Part shown: piece by piece, positions 5,441 to 14,770 of the stretch
Numbering within the stretch: the first letter of the stretch is position 1
How the letters are laid out: every line of letters starts with the position of its first letter
From: an uncultured Actinomycetes bacterium
GTDB lineage: Bacteria > Actinomycetota > Actinomycetes > S36-B12 > CAIYMF01
Direction of reading: 5' to 3'
DNA length: 32,000 nt
Assembly: GCA_963843975.1 (NCBI GenBank)
Contig: CAWJMG010000001.1
Span: 1,260,001 to 1,292,000, forward strand
Notes under the pieces: generated by a model
Told to the model about the DNA's origin: nothing
Databases searched by the model: none
Seen by the model: the letters and a program-made list of their open reading frames with translations, nothing else
Position numbers and translations under genes: made by a program

Positions 5441-8400
5441 GTGGTGCTGTCCAGTGCCAAGATCGGCCGCTCGTCGTGGCGGTACTACCAGGACTCCGTC
5501 GCCCGGGGTGCGTGCGAGTACTACGCCGAGGCCGGCAACGCGCCCGGCCGCTGGCACGGCGCCGGCCTGCCCGAACTCGACCTGACGCCGGGTGCTCGGG
5601 TGGAGGAGGCGGAGCTGGAGGCGCTGTTCGCGCGCGGCCTGCACCCCGTCACCGGGGCGGCCCTCGGCCGCGCGTGGCGCTCGGATGCCGTCACCGGGCA
5701 CGATCTGACGTTCTCTGCGCCGAAGTCGGTGTCGGCGCTGTGGGCGCTCGGCGACGACGCGACAGCGGCTCAGGTCCGCGCTGCGCACGCAGCGGCCGTC
5801 GAGGCGGCGCTGGGGTTCCTCGAGGCGCATGCGTCGTTCTCGCGTCGGGGCCGCGACGGTGTCGAGCAGATCGCCACCGCGGGGTACGCGGCGGCGCTGT
5901 TCGAGCACACGACATCCCGGACCGGGGACCCACAGCTGCACACGCACGGTCTGGTGGTGAACAAGGTCCGCTGCCCAGACGGGGTGTGGCGCACCATCGA
6001 CGGCTACGAGGTGTTCCACCACAAGAAGGCGGCCGGCGCGCTCTACCAGGCCGCGCTGCGCACCGAGCTCGCCACCCGCCTCGGCATCGCCTTCGAACTG
6101 GTGTCGGAGCATGGGCAGGCCGAGATCGCCGGCGTCCCTGACGAGCTCCTCGCCGCCTGGTCGACCCGCACTCAGGCGGTGATGGCCGACGCCATCCCCA
6201 CCATCGCGGAGGCCGAGGAGGCGCTCGGGCGGCCGGTGAGCGCGGCGGAGCGGACCAGGATCGTCAAGACCGCGGTCCTGGCGACCCGCCCGCCCAAGGA
6301 CCACCACGTCCCCGAGGCCGGGCTCCGGTCCCGGTGGCGGGAGCAGGCCCACGCGCTGGGCTGGGACGGCGAGCGGCTGTCGCGGTCCGCACGCCTCGCG
6401 AGCCCCGACGGCATCAGAAACCTCCTCGAGGGGCGAAGCGGCTCGCCCGTGACCGTCACCAGCGACGGCGCCCCCGTCATGACCGCCGTCACCGAGTCTG
6501 TCAGCACCGTCTCTGCCACCGTCAGCACTGTCACGGCCGCCGTCGCGACCGCGGAGGACTCCGTCACGAACTCCGTCACCACCGTCACGAGGACCGGCGT
6601 CGTGGTGACGGACTCCGTCGTGACGGTCGGGGACTCCGTCACCGACTCCGTCGCGCACACCTCGAAGCAGCCATTTGCAGGTGTGGACGCCGGGGGCGAC
6701 CTGACGGAGTGCGTCACTGACTCAGTCACCAGTGGACGCGCCGAGCCGTTCGCCGTCCGGCCGTCGTGGCTCGCCGACGCCGTGACGGCGGTCGGGCGGT
6801 CGGGCGCGGTGTGGTCGGCGGCGGACCTGGCGGTGCAGGTCGCCGCCCGCCTCCCCGTCACCGGCCCGGGTGCGCCGGAAGATGCGCGGAAGACCGCCGC
6901 CGTAATCGAGGCCCTGACCGCCCAGGCCCTGACCGGCGCGTCGGCAGGTGCCGTCCCGCTGGGGACGGATCCGTCGGGGGCGACGGCGCGGGCGTCGGAT
7001 GCCCGCTACGCCTCCCGCGAGGTCGTCGACACCGAGGCCGCCATCATCGAGGCGGTGCTGGACGGGTTGCGGCCGCCGCGCCGGCTCCCCACGACCGTCC
7101 TGCAGGCGTCGACCCCGGCCGGGCTGTCGCAGGAGCAGCAGGTCGCGGCGGTGCGGCTGGTGTCCTCCCGCGACCTGGTCACGGTGATGGTGGCCCCAGC
7201 CGGGGCGGGCAAGACCACCGTCCTCGGAGCCGCCGTCGCCGGCTGGACCACGGCGGGGGCGCGGGTGCTCGCGCTGGGCCCGTCGGCGCGGGCCGCCAGC
7301 GAGCTCGCGGCCTCGACCGGCGTGGCGGGGGTGACGGTGGCGCGGTTCCTGACCCAGCAGACCGCACTCGACACCCGGCCGCCCACCCGCAGCAGCCCCG
7401 GTGTCCGGGATGAGCGGCGGTTGCGTCGCGGCGACGTGCTCCTGGTCGACGAGGCCTCGATGCTCGCGACGTCTGACCTCGCCGCGCTCACCACCCGCGC
7501 CCAAGAGGCGGGGGCGCGGGTGGTGCTGGTCGGCGACCCCGCGCAGATCGGCGCGATCCGAGCTTCCTGGCGGGATGCTCGAGCACCTCGCCCACCTCCT
7601 CCCTTCGCGCGTCGTCGAATTGAGCGGGTTGCACCGGTTCACCCACGCCTGGGAGGCCGCGGCGACGCTTCGGCTGCGCGCCGGCGACGCACGGATCTTG
7701 CGCACCTACCAGGACCAGGACCGGATCCACCCGGCCGCGGACGGGGACGCGGCTGCGGACGCAGTGTTCGACCGCTGGCACACCGCGGTCAGCGACGGCC
7801 TTGACGCGTTGATGCTGGCCCGCGGCTGGGGCGACGTGATCGCGCTGAACGCCCGCGCCCGCGCGGCCGCGATCGCCACCGGCCAGGTCACCGGCGCGCC
7901 GCTGCTGACGGTCACCGCCTGCACCGCCTCCACGCGCGGCCGCCCGGAGACGCGTGAGTGGCGGGTCGGGGACGTGATCATGGCCAAGAAGAACACCGCC
8001 GATCTGCGGATCGGTGCGGACCAGGTCCGTAACGGGGACCGGTTCACCGTCCTGTCCGCGACTCCCGACGGCGACGGTCTGGTCGTGGCGGATCTCGCAG
8101 GCCGCGGCCGGACGTTGATGCCGGCCGCCTACCTCGCTCGACATTCGGAGTTCGGGTGGGCCGCGACCATCGACGCCGCCCAGGGCGCCACCACCGACAT
8201 CGCGGTCACCCTCGCCCGTCCCGGCCTGGATCGCGAGCACCTCTACGTCGCCATGACCCGCGGCCGGCACGAGAACCACATCCACACCACCCCCGCCGGT
8301 GCCGAGATCGACGCCGGCCCCCACCACACGAGTGACCGCACGGCACAGGAGGTCGATGCCCTCGAGCAGCTCACCCGCGCCCTGGCCACCACCGGGCGCG

Positions 8401-8990
8401 AACGCGCCGCCCACAGCCTCCTGAACCCGGCCGTCGACCAGGCACGGAGTGCGCGGTTCGACGCCGCAGAGCCCGCGTTCCCCGCCCCACCGACACCGGT
8501 GGAGCTCCGCTACAACCGGGACCGGCTCCAACGGGCCGTCGCCGATCGCGACCACCTGCGCCGACGCCTCGACGACGCCCAAGCCGACGTCGAACGCCTC
8601 GGTGCCGAAGTAGCGCAGCTGCCGGTCTGGGCCCGGCGCCGCCGACGCGACCTCACCACCGCCCTGCACGCCGTCCATCGGGACGTCGACGTCGTCGACG
8701 CCCACCTCGCCCGCGCCGAGGCCGCCGTCGCCAGGGCCAGCGCGAGCGTCGACGCCGACATGGCCGAGCACGCCGCAGCAACGACCGCTGGGACCGCGGA
8801 GCGACGCAGCCGCTGGCAGCGCCGCAGCGATCAGCCCTATCGCAACCCCAACCTCGTCACCGACCCCGCCGACACGGCCATGGTGCGCGAGCCCGACATC
8901 GTGGCGGCCGGCCCCGACAGCCAGCCAAGCGAACAGTCCCCACTCCGGCCAGCGCGCCAAGTGCCTGGGCACGATGCACCGGGGCGCTGA
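5441..8990 (+). pseudogene. MobF-family (TrwC-type) relaxase fused to RecD/TraA-like helicase; reading frame broken (+1) near 7560-7566
   Basis: N-terminus (V)VLSSAKIGRSSWRYY with the His triad region HTTSRTGDPQLHTHGLVVN. Helicase motifs: Walker A VAPAGAGKTT, Walker B VLLVDEASM, LVGDPAQ. The sequence then continues only in the 7401..8990 frame (GGMLEHL..., ATIDAAQGATTD, YVAMTRGRHENHIH). Start is GTG 5441 or 5444. The break may be an assembly artefact. Confidence 0.85.
6448..6735 (+). repeat. degenerate in-frame V-T-D/E-S-V repeats (GACTCCGTCAC-like) forming the relaxase-helicase linker
   Basis: The peptide reads VTVTSDG..VTESVSTVSATVSTVTAAV..DSVTNSVTTVT..VVVTDSVVTVGDSVTDSV..ECVTDSVTS. The DNA shows repeated GACTCCGTC(A/G)(C/T) units at irregular spacing. 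Confidence 0.6.
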
Positions 8991-9122
8991 CCACGCCGAC
9001 GTAACTGGTCAACAGGACTGCGTGGCAGCGGTCCACGACTTGCCGTGTGTCGGGGCCTCGCGGCGCGCACCTGAAGGTGGGTGCTCGTGCTGGACGGGCG
9101 CCACCAGCACCAGGGAGTACGT

Positions 9123-9347
9123 ATGGACCGCACCGACCTCGACCACCTCCCGCCCCTGATCGACGTCCCCACTGCGGCCGCCGTCCTTGGCATCGGCCGC
9201 ACCCTGGCCTACGACCTGGTCCGCACCGACCGCTTCCCGACCCCCGTGCTGCGCGTCGGCAAGCTCATCCGCATCCCCACCGCCGGGCTGCGCCGCCTCC
9301 TCGACGCCGACCCCGCAGCACTGACGCCGGGTACCGAGACCGCCTGA
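9123..9347 (+). CDS. xis: excisionase-family helix-turn-helix DNA-binding protein
   Basis: 74 aa from ATG 9123 (SD GGGAG). LIDVPTAAAVLGIGRTLAYDLVRTDRFPTPVLRVGKLIRIPTAGLRRLL is the typical MerR-like Xis HTH plus wing. It lies directly upstream of int. Confidence 0.8.
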   Translation: MDRTDLDHLPPLIDVPTAAAVLGIGRTLAYDLVRTDRFPTPVLRVGKLIRIPTAGLRRLLDADPAALTPGTETA

Positions 9348-9509
9348 TCGCCGGCGTGTCGTCCACAGGGACGAGCCGGCGCCGCTTGGTCCCGGCTCAC
9401 CAGCGTGGGATGCCTGGGCTCCAACGTTCGAGAGGGGAGACTTCATGAGCCGCCGTGACCAGAACGCGCCGTCGCCTCAGAGCCTCATCGCGCCGGCGGG
9501 TGGTGCGCG

Positions 9510-10716
9510 GTGACCGGGCGGCGCGGAAGCATCCGCCAGGACATCAACGGCACCTGGTCCTACACCGTCGACATCACCGCACCGGGCGAGAACCGCCGCC
9601 AGATGCGCAAACGCGGCTTCCCCACCCGCCGCGCAGCGCAGACCGCGCTGACGAAGGTGCTGCGCGAACTGGACACCGGCGCGCACGTCGACCCCAGCCG
9701 GCTCACCCTCGCGAACTACATCGAGTCTCAGTGGCTGCCCAACGCGAGAATGCGGCTGCGTCCCTCCACGCTCCACTCATACCAGCGGAACCTGCGCATC
9801 CATGTCCTACCCGCCCTCGGTGCGGCGCCGCTGCAGCGCATCACCGGCAGCCAGCTCACCGCCCTCTACGCCCAGCTCCTCGAGGACGGGCTCGCTGACC
9901 GATCCAAAGCCCGCAACGGCAACACCGGGCTCAGTGTGCGCACTGTCCGCTACATCCACACCATCATCGGCAGCATCCTCAAATCCGCCGTCAAAGCCCG
10001 ACTGCTCAACCACAACCCCGCGGACCAGGCAGAGCCGCCTCGCCTGTCCGCCGCAGCCGATGGCACCCGCGCGGCGAAGACCTGGGCCGCCGCCGAGGCT
10101 CGCAGCGTTCCTCGACGCCACTCGCGGAACCCGAGAGCAGGCCCTCTGGCACCTGCTGGCCACCACCGGGCTGCGCCGAGGAGAAGCTCTCGGCCTCGCT
10201 TGGGCCAACGTCGACCTCGAGGCCGCACGCATCACCATCGTCCGCACCCTCATCGACATCCACGACACCGACGACGACCGACCCGTCTGGTCCGACCCCA
10301 AGACCGCTGCAGGCCGACGCTCCGTCGCCCTCGACCCGGGAACCGTCGCCGTCCTCCGAGCACACAAAGCCCTCCGAGCGCAGGACCGACTTCTCATCGG
10401 CACCACCGGGAACCCCGACGTCGACGACCTCGTCTTCACGCGAGCAGACGGCCGGCCCTACCACCCTGAGCGACTGAGCCGAGCGTTCAAGACCCAGATC
10501 CGCGCGGCCGGTCTCCCCGAGATCAGGCTGCACGACCTAAGGCACACCTGGGCCACACTCGCCCTTCAAGCTGGAATCCCGGCCAAGGTCGTGCAGGACC
10601 GGCTCGGGCACTCAACAGTCGCGATCACGCTGAACATCTACAGCCACGTAACGCCGCAGTTGCAGAGCGATGCGGCCTCTGCAGTGGCTGCCTTGATCCG
10701 CCAAGGTCGCACATGA
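9510..10716 (+). pseudogene. int: tyrosine recombinase / phage-type integrase; reading frame broken (+1) near 10095-10101
   Basis: The N-terminal arm-binding domain (MTGRRGSIRQDINGTWSYTVDI...RKRGFPTRRAAQTAL) and core-binding domain are in the 9510 frame. The catalytic domain is in the 9802..10716 frame: ATTGLRRGEALGL (Arg), HDLRHTWATLAL (H-x-x-R), LGHSTVAITLNIYSHV (His/Tyr). The junction reads TWAAAE|LAAFLDATRG. Confidence 0.9.
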
Positions 10717-10802
10717 GCTAGGGCCTCGCCCCCTTGGCGTGGTACCCGCAGTAGCTGCGGCCAGCGTGGGAGAGTGGCCGCATCAACAGGGCCGGGGGCA
10801 AC

Positions 10803-11612
10803 GTGAGCGACTTTCTCTTTCCCGTGGACGGTCCCGTCGTCCACATTGAAGCAACGGGCCATGGCAGTTCCGGCTCCGCAGCCTTCGACCGGTTGAGGGC
10901 GTACTTGCTGCGTGATCCAGCCGTACGCATCGAGATGGAGAACGCCTTCTCGAGTCTCACCGAACGCATCAACGTCTCAGACCGTGGCAGTCGGTTCGTG
11001 GCGGGCGCGACCGGAGAGTGGATCATCGCCGCCGCCTGCTACGCGGCCGGGATCATCGCGCTCCCCGAGGGCCACAACGCTGACGGTTTCGACCTGGCCG
11101 GTGTCCAGGCCGCGGCACAGGGCCTGTTCTCCGTCAAGTGCTCGTTCTCCAAGACCAGTGGCTTCCGCATCACCAACGGCATCAACGGTTCGGGCAAGGG
11201 CTTCGTCGAGCCGACGATCTTCGCCCACCAACGTCTCGGCGGCCTGGTCTTCGCCGACCCGGTGAAGCACACGGCCCTTGCGGCAAAGGCCCAGACGAAG
11301 CCTGACGCCGTCGTTCTGGGCCTTTCCGCCATCATCGACCATGCTCGCGAGAACGCGTCGTGCGTAATCGCGATGGCAATCCCGCTAAACCAGGGCCGTG
11401 GCACGTACGACCCGGCGCTGGAATTCGTGCGGTCGCTCCTCACCGGTGAAGGTCACTACCCGAACCTCTCGCGTGTGTTCGACGATGTGAAACGCCAGAG
11501 CGCTGGAACGAGTGTGGTCGCCGAGATCCGCGACCTGAAGGCACTCAGGGACCAAGGTGTCCTGTCGCAGGAGCAGTTCGAGCGCGCGGTCGACAAGCTA
11601 GTCACGTCGTAG
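10803..11612 (+). CDS. hypothetical protein: putative PD-(D/E)xK-like nuclease core (tentative) with C-terminal SHOCT domain
   Basis: 269 aa. GEWIIAAA...HNADGFDLAGV...GLFSVKCSF resembles an E...D...(S/E)xK restriction-endonuclease-like core. The C-terminal IRDLKALRDQGVLSQEQFERAVDKLV fits the SHOCT short C-terminal domain. Confidence 0.7.
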   Translation: MSDFLFPVDGPVVHIEATGHGSSGSAAFDRLRAYLLRDPAVRIEMENAFSSLTERINVSDRGSRFVAGATGEWIIAAACYAAGIIALPEGHNADGFDLAGVQAAAQGLFSVKCSFSKTSGFRITNGINGSGKGFVEPTIFAHQRLGGLVFADPVKHTALAAKAQTKPDAVVLGLSAIIDHARENASCVIAMAIPLNQGRGTYDPALEFVRSLLTGEGHYPNLSRVFDDVKRQSAGTSVVAEIRDLKALRDQGVLSQEQFERAVDKLVTS

Positions 11613-11846
11613 GGATTCACCGTGCCGCGAACTGGGCCAAGCTGTCCGACCCTCAGGCGGTTCGTCCCCATTTCCTACATCGCGCGATGCCGACAACCGC
11701 TAGCAGGGTTCTCTGACACGCGCCCGTGGGCGCACGCCCCGCACCTCCCATAGCGGGAACCTTCTGGCACCCTGGGTTGGTGACATTCGGGGGATTGCCC
11801 ATGGAGATCCGATCGACCACAGCTCGTCGCGGTCGAGAGGGCTGAC

Positions 11847-12995
11847 GTGCGGCAGCGAGGAAACCGTCTGCTTCGCGGGGCCGCCGCAGGGCTTTCGGGC
11901 GTGGTGCTCGTCGGCACAGTGTTTGCCTGGGCCGGTTGGGCAAGCATCGGCCTTGTCGAAGGCAACCTCACTGTCGACAACTCCCTAGGCGGAGTCCTCA
12001 GCACCCCGAGCGCAAAACCATCCGACGGACAGACCTACACCGCAGAGAACGTCCTGATCGTCGGATCGGACACCCGAAGCGGGCAAGGGACGGGTTACGG
12101 CTCCCTCGCTGACGCCAGCGGCAACGGGCACTCCGACACAACCCTGCTCCTCCACATCTCCGCCGACCGCAAGTCCGCGTACGCCGTGAGCATCCCCCGC
12201 GACTCCTGGGTCTCACGTCCCGGTTGTAAGGCGGATGGGACCACAGACGGAACGACCGTCACCGGGAAGTTCAACGCCGCCTTCGCGGTCGGCGGCCGGG
12301 CCTGCGTCATCTCCGCCGTGAAGGCCCTCACCGGCGTCCCCATCGACCACTTCATCGAGGTCGAGTTCAAGGGCTTCGAAGCCATCGTGAACGCCCTCGG
12401 TGGAGTCACCATCTGTTCCACCCACGCCATCTCCGACCCGATCCGGCCCGACGGCCACGGCGGGCACAAGGGGTCCGGCCTGGAGTTGCCGCAGGGTGAG
12501 TCCACCCTTAACGGCAAGGATTCACTCAAACTCATGCGGGCCCGCTACATCGGCCAAGGAACTGACCTCGAACGCCTCGACCGACAGCACAAGTTCCTCG
12601 CCGCCGTCATTCGTCAAGCCACCTCAAGTGGCCTGCTGACCGACCCCGTCAGGCTGTACAACGTCCTCTCAGAAGTTGCCAAGGCACTGACTGTTGACCC
12701 AGGCCTGTCCGGTGACGGGCTCCAGCAGTTCCTACTCAGCGTCCAGGGCCTCAAGCCCAGCGACGTGCGCTTCTATACCGTTCCGACGGTGGCACGAGGC
12801 GACGGCGCCAACCTCCTCTGGGTCGACGGGGATGCGGACAAGATGTGGAAGGCGATGATCAAGGACACCGCCTACCCACCCAAGACCGGCAAGCCCTCGC
12901 CATCCGCGACGAGCAAGACCTCGCCGAGCCCTAGCCCAACCAAGGTTGTCTCGGCTACGACCGGCACAGCAGCGGACACGACCTGCCTGTCTTAG
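11847..12995 (+). CDS. LytR-CpsA-Psr (LCP) family cell-wall glycopolymer transferase
   Basis: 382 aa with an N-terminal TM anchor. LCP core motifs: NVLIVGSDTR, SDTTLLLHI, SIPRDSWV, HFIEVEFKGFEAIVNALGGV, ARYIGQGTDLERLDRQHKFL. The tail is Ser/Pro-rich. Confidence 0.85.
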   Translation: MRQRGNRLLRGAAAGLSGVVLVGTVFAWAGWASIGLVEGNLTVDNSLGGVLSTPSAKPSDGQTYTAENVLIVGSDTRSGQGTGYGSLADASGNGHSDTTLLLHISADRKSAYAVSIPRDSWVSRPGCKADGTTDGTTVTGKFNAAFAVGGRACVISAVKALTGVPIDHFIEVEFKGFEAIVNALGGVTICSTHAISDPIRPDGHGGHKGSGLELPQGESTLNGKDSLKLMRARYIGQGTDLERLDRQHKFLAAVIRQATSSGLLTDPVRLYNVLSEVAKALTVDPGLSGDGLQQFLLSVQGLKPSDVRFYTVPTVARGDGANLLWVDGDADKMWKAMIKDTAYPPKTGKPSPSATSKTSPSPSPTKVVSATTGTAADTTCLS

Positions 12996-13144
12996 GTCCG
13001 CACTCTCACGTCCGTGCGCTCAACGGCTCACAGAGACCGACTCAGAAGCCAGGACCAGACTCGGCGGTGAATCGGCCGTCGCAGAGCGAGCGCGCCCAAG
13101 TGCTATTGCCGGGGTTCTCGGTCCGAGGAATGGGACGCACCCGG

Positions 13145-14498
13145 TTAGACGACTGCGGCCCTGTCGTCACTCGTCAAACTGCGCGACGAACTCCCGCCGA
13201 GCACGGCCTCAACGATGCTCCGGGGGATCCATGCCTGATCGCGCTCCACGTGGGCACGCATCACGTGCTTCACGACACCGACGTGAACGCCGTTGCCGAT
13301 CTGCTTGTAGGAGTACTTGTCGGACTGCTCACCGAAACTGAAGCTCGCGGGCAGACCTTGCACTCGCGCTGCCTCATCTGGGCTGATCCGGCGGCGACGT
13401 GGTCCGATGATCGACGTCTGCGTGATGGCGACGAATGCGGGCAGGTACGTCGCCGCCTTGACCCTGACACCGGATGGGCGCAATTGGATGACGCAGTTGT
13501 ACACGTCGCGCTTTGTGTCACCCGCCTGCCACTCAAACTTCCGTCGGCTTGGTGAGAGCTTCCCGCAGTTGACCCCACCGGGACTTCCACTCCGTGATCG
13601 CCGTCGCGTGACGCTCGAAGAAGGCGGCGTTCTTCTCGAGGAAGTTGAGCTTCCATGCCGGCAGCCGCGCGTCGAACCCACCCGTTGGCCTCGGGCGGAG
13701 GTCGTCAGCCCAGATAGGGAACCCCGGCAACTTCTCATTGATCGCGACTGTCTTGAGGAAGTCGTTCCAGACTGCCAGGACGAGCTTCTCGTCGTCGGTC
13801 AGCCCGTACTTCCGACGGAGTCGGCGCTCCTCGGGAGTGCCCGGCGCAGCCAGCCACTCTTCGATCCGCCAGCTCTTCGGATCCCACCCAGCTACCGGCT
13901 TCGCCTCCAAGAGCGGAGGAAGCTCGTGGCCCAGGAGCGAGCCGGCATCGGGCTGATCACCAACGAAGGTGGCGGTGATGAACACGCGTTCGCGGACCTG
14001 TGGGCCACCGCCAAGCGCCGGCGGCATCAGGTGCGGAGACATTACTGCGGGGTGGTCAGAGACGCGGTAGCCCAAGTCCCTCAGTGTCTGGATGATGACG
14101 TCCCACTCGTGGCGGTGGCGCGGGCCAGCAACGTTCCGGACGTTCTCGAGGATCACGACGGAGGGCCGCTGGCTCTCCAGAACGCGAGCAATGTTGTAGA
14201 AGAGCGTGCCCCGGGCCTCTTCCATGCCTTGCTGCCGCCCTGACTTGGAGAAGGGCTGGCAGGGGAAGCCGCCGGTGAACACGTCGTGCGGAGGCACGGT
14301 GACCAGGCCGTCTGCCGGAGCCTCGACCGTGATGTCTCTGAGGGCGTCGACACCCCAGTTGTTGAAGTAGACAGCGGCAGCGACGGAGTCGTTCTCGCAG
14401 GCCCACGCGCAACTACCGCCGAGGTCTGACAGAGCCGCGTGGAAACCACCCACGCCAGCGAATGCATCGGCGAACGTGTACACCCTGGCCTCCTTCAC
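13145..14498 (-). pseudogene. DNA (cytosine-5)-methyltransferase; reading frame broken (+1) near 13556-13562
   Basis: The 14498 frame carries motif I FADAFAGVGGF, motif IV GGFPCQPFS and motif VI ILENV. The C-terminal motifs are only in the 13145..13738 frame (RRRISPDEAARVQGLPASF, YKQIGNGVHVGVV). A long variable/TRD region lies between them. No adjacent Vsr or obvious REase gene. Confidence 0.9.
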
Positions 14499-14535
14499 TT
14501 AGCTGAGCTTACAGCTATTTCAAGATCAAAGCTAG
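14499..14535 (-). promoter_or_regulatory. AT-rich promoter region of the methyltransferase gene, possibly leaderless; contains four AGCT
   Basis: The minus strand reads AAATAGCTGTAAGCTCAGCTAA-GTG. TAAGCT is a TANNNT -10-like hexamer 7 nt before the GTG, and no SD is present. AGCT occurs at 14501, 14506, 14513 and 14530. Confidence 0.35.
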
Positions 14536-14683
14536 ATGCGCCCACCGACTGTTCGAGGGCAAGGGAGAGCCGGCTACGGGCGGTCTCCCGAACCTCGGAG
14601 GTTGACCCGCGACAACGAGGGGCTGCGAGGCGCCAGCGCCGCGGGTTGGTCGTCGTTGAGCCCAGAGACGTCCCCATTCCGAC

Positions 14684-14704
14684 TGTGACCAATCCTGTGA
14701 CCAA
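14684..14704 (+). promoter_or_regulatory. two direct TGTGACCAA repeats, 12-bp period (candidate arm-type sites, right end)
   Basis: TGTGACCAA at 14684-14692 and 14696-14704, 69 bp inside attR. Core, orientation and spacing match the pair at 791-810. Confidence 0.45.
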
Positions 14705-14726
14705 CGGCGCCCCGTAACGGAGAACG

Positions 14727-14761
14727 ACAGATGCCGCAGGTCGTTGACCTGCGGCATCTGT
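14727..14761 (-). terminator. perfect 16-bp hairpin immediately 3' of tRNA-Leu, supplied by the element
   Basis: ACAGATGCCGCAGGTC-GTT-GACCTGCGGCATCTGT lies 10 nt from the tRNA 3' end and inside the island. Confidence 0.6.
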
Positions 14762-14770
14762 GTCGGGCCG

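Noticed and set aside
6065-6070. Idea that every GAGCTC site is corrupted by a systematic insertion
   Set aside because: Intact GAGCTC hexamers are frequent (e.g. 6065-6070, 7301-7306 and many in the core genes), including one in the same extended context as a broken site. Only the weaker statement survives: all four breaks lie at GAGCTC-like sites.
5150-6658. 502-aa minus-strand ORF, plus other ORFs overlapping the relaxase gene (5431..6141, 6172..6861, 6722..7705, 7488..8972)
   Set aside because: They are R/G/D/P-rich low-complexity translations lying antisense or out of frame to a + strand gene with clear relaxase and helicase motifs. These are typical shadow ORFs of high-GC DNA.
6448-6735. 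Repeated GACTCCGTCAC units considered as iterons or a CRISPR-like array
   Set aside because: The units are irregularly spaced, degenerate and fully in frame within the relaxase ORF, so they are a coding low-complexity repeat. No CRISPR-type repeat-spacer structure exists anywhere in the window.
10717-10802. Searched for a third copy of the att repeat right after int, which would indicate two tandem islands
   Set aside because: Nothing resembling GTGCGCGAGGGGGGAGTTGAAC is there. The matching GTGACCA pairs at both outer ends instead favour a single element.
11613-11846. 234-nt leader upstream of the LCP gene, considered as a ydaO-type (c-di-AMP) or other riboswitch
   Set aside because: A few GGGGA/CCCA-like strings are present, but I could not build the conserved pseudo-symmetric fold. 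There is not enough evidence without an Infernal scan.
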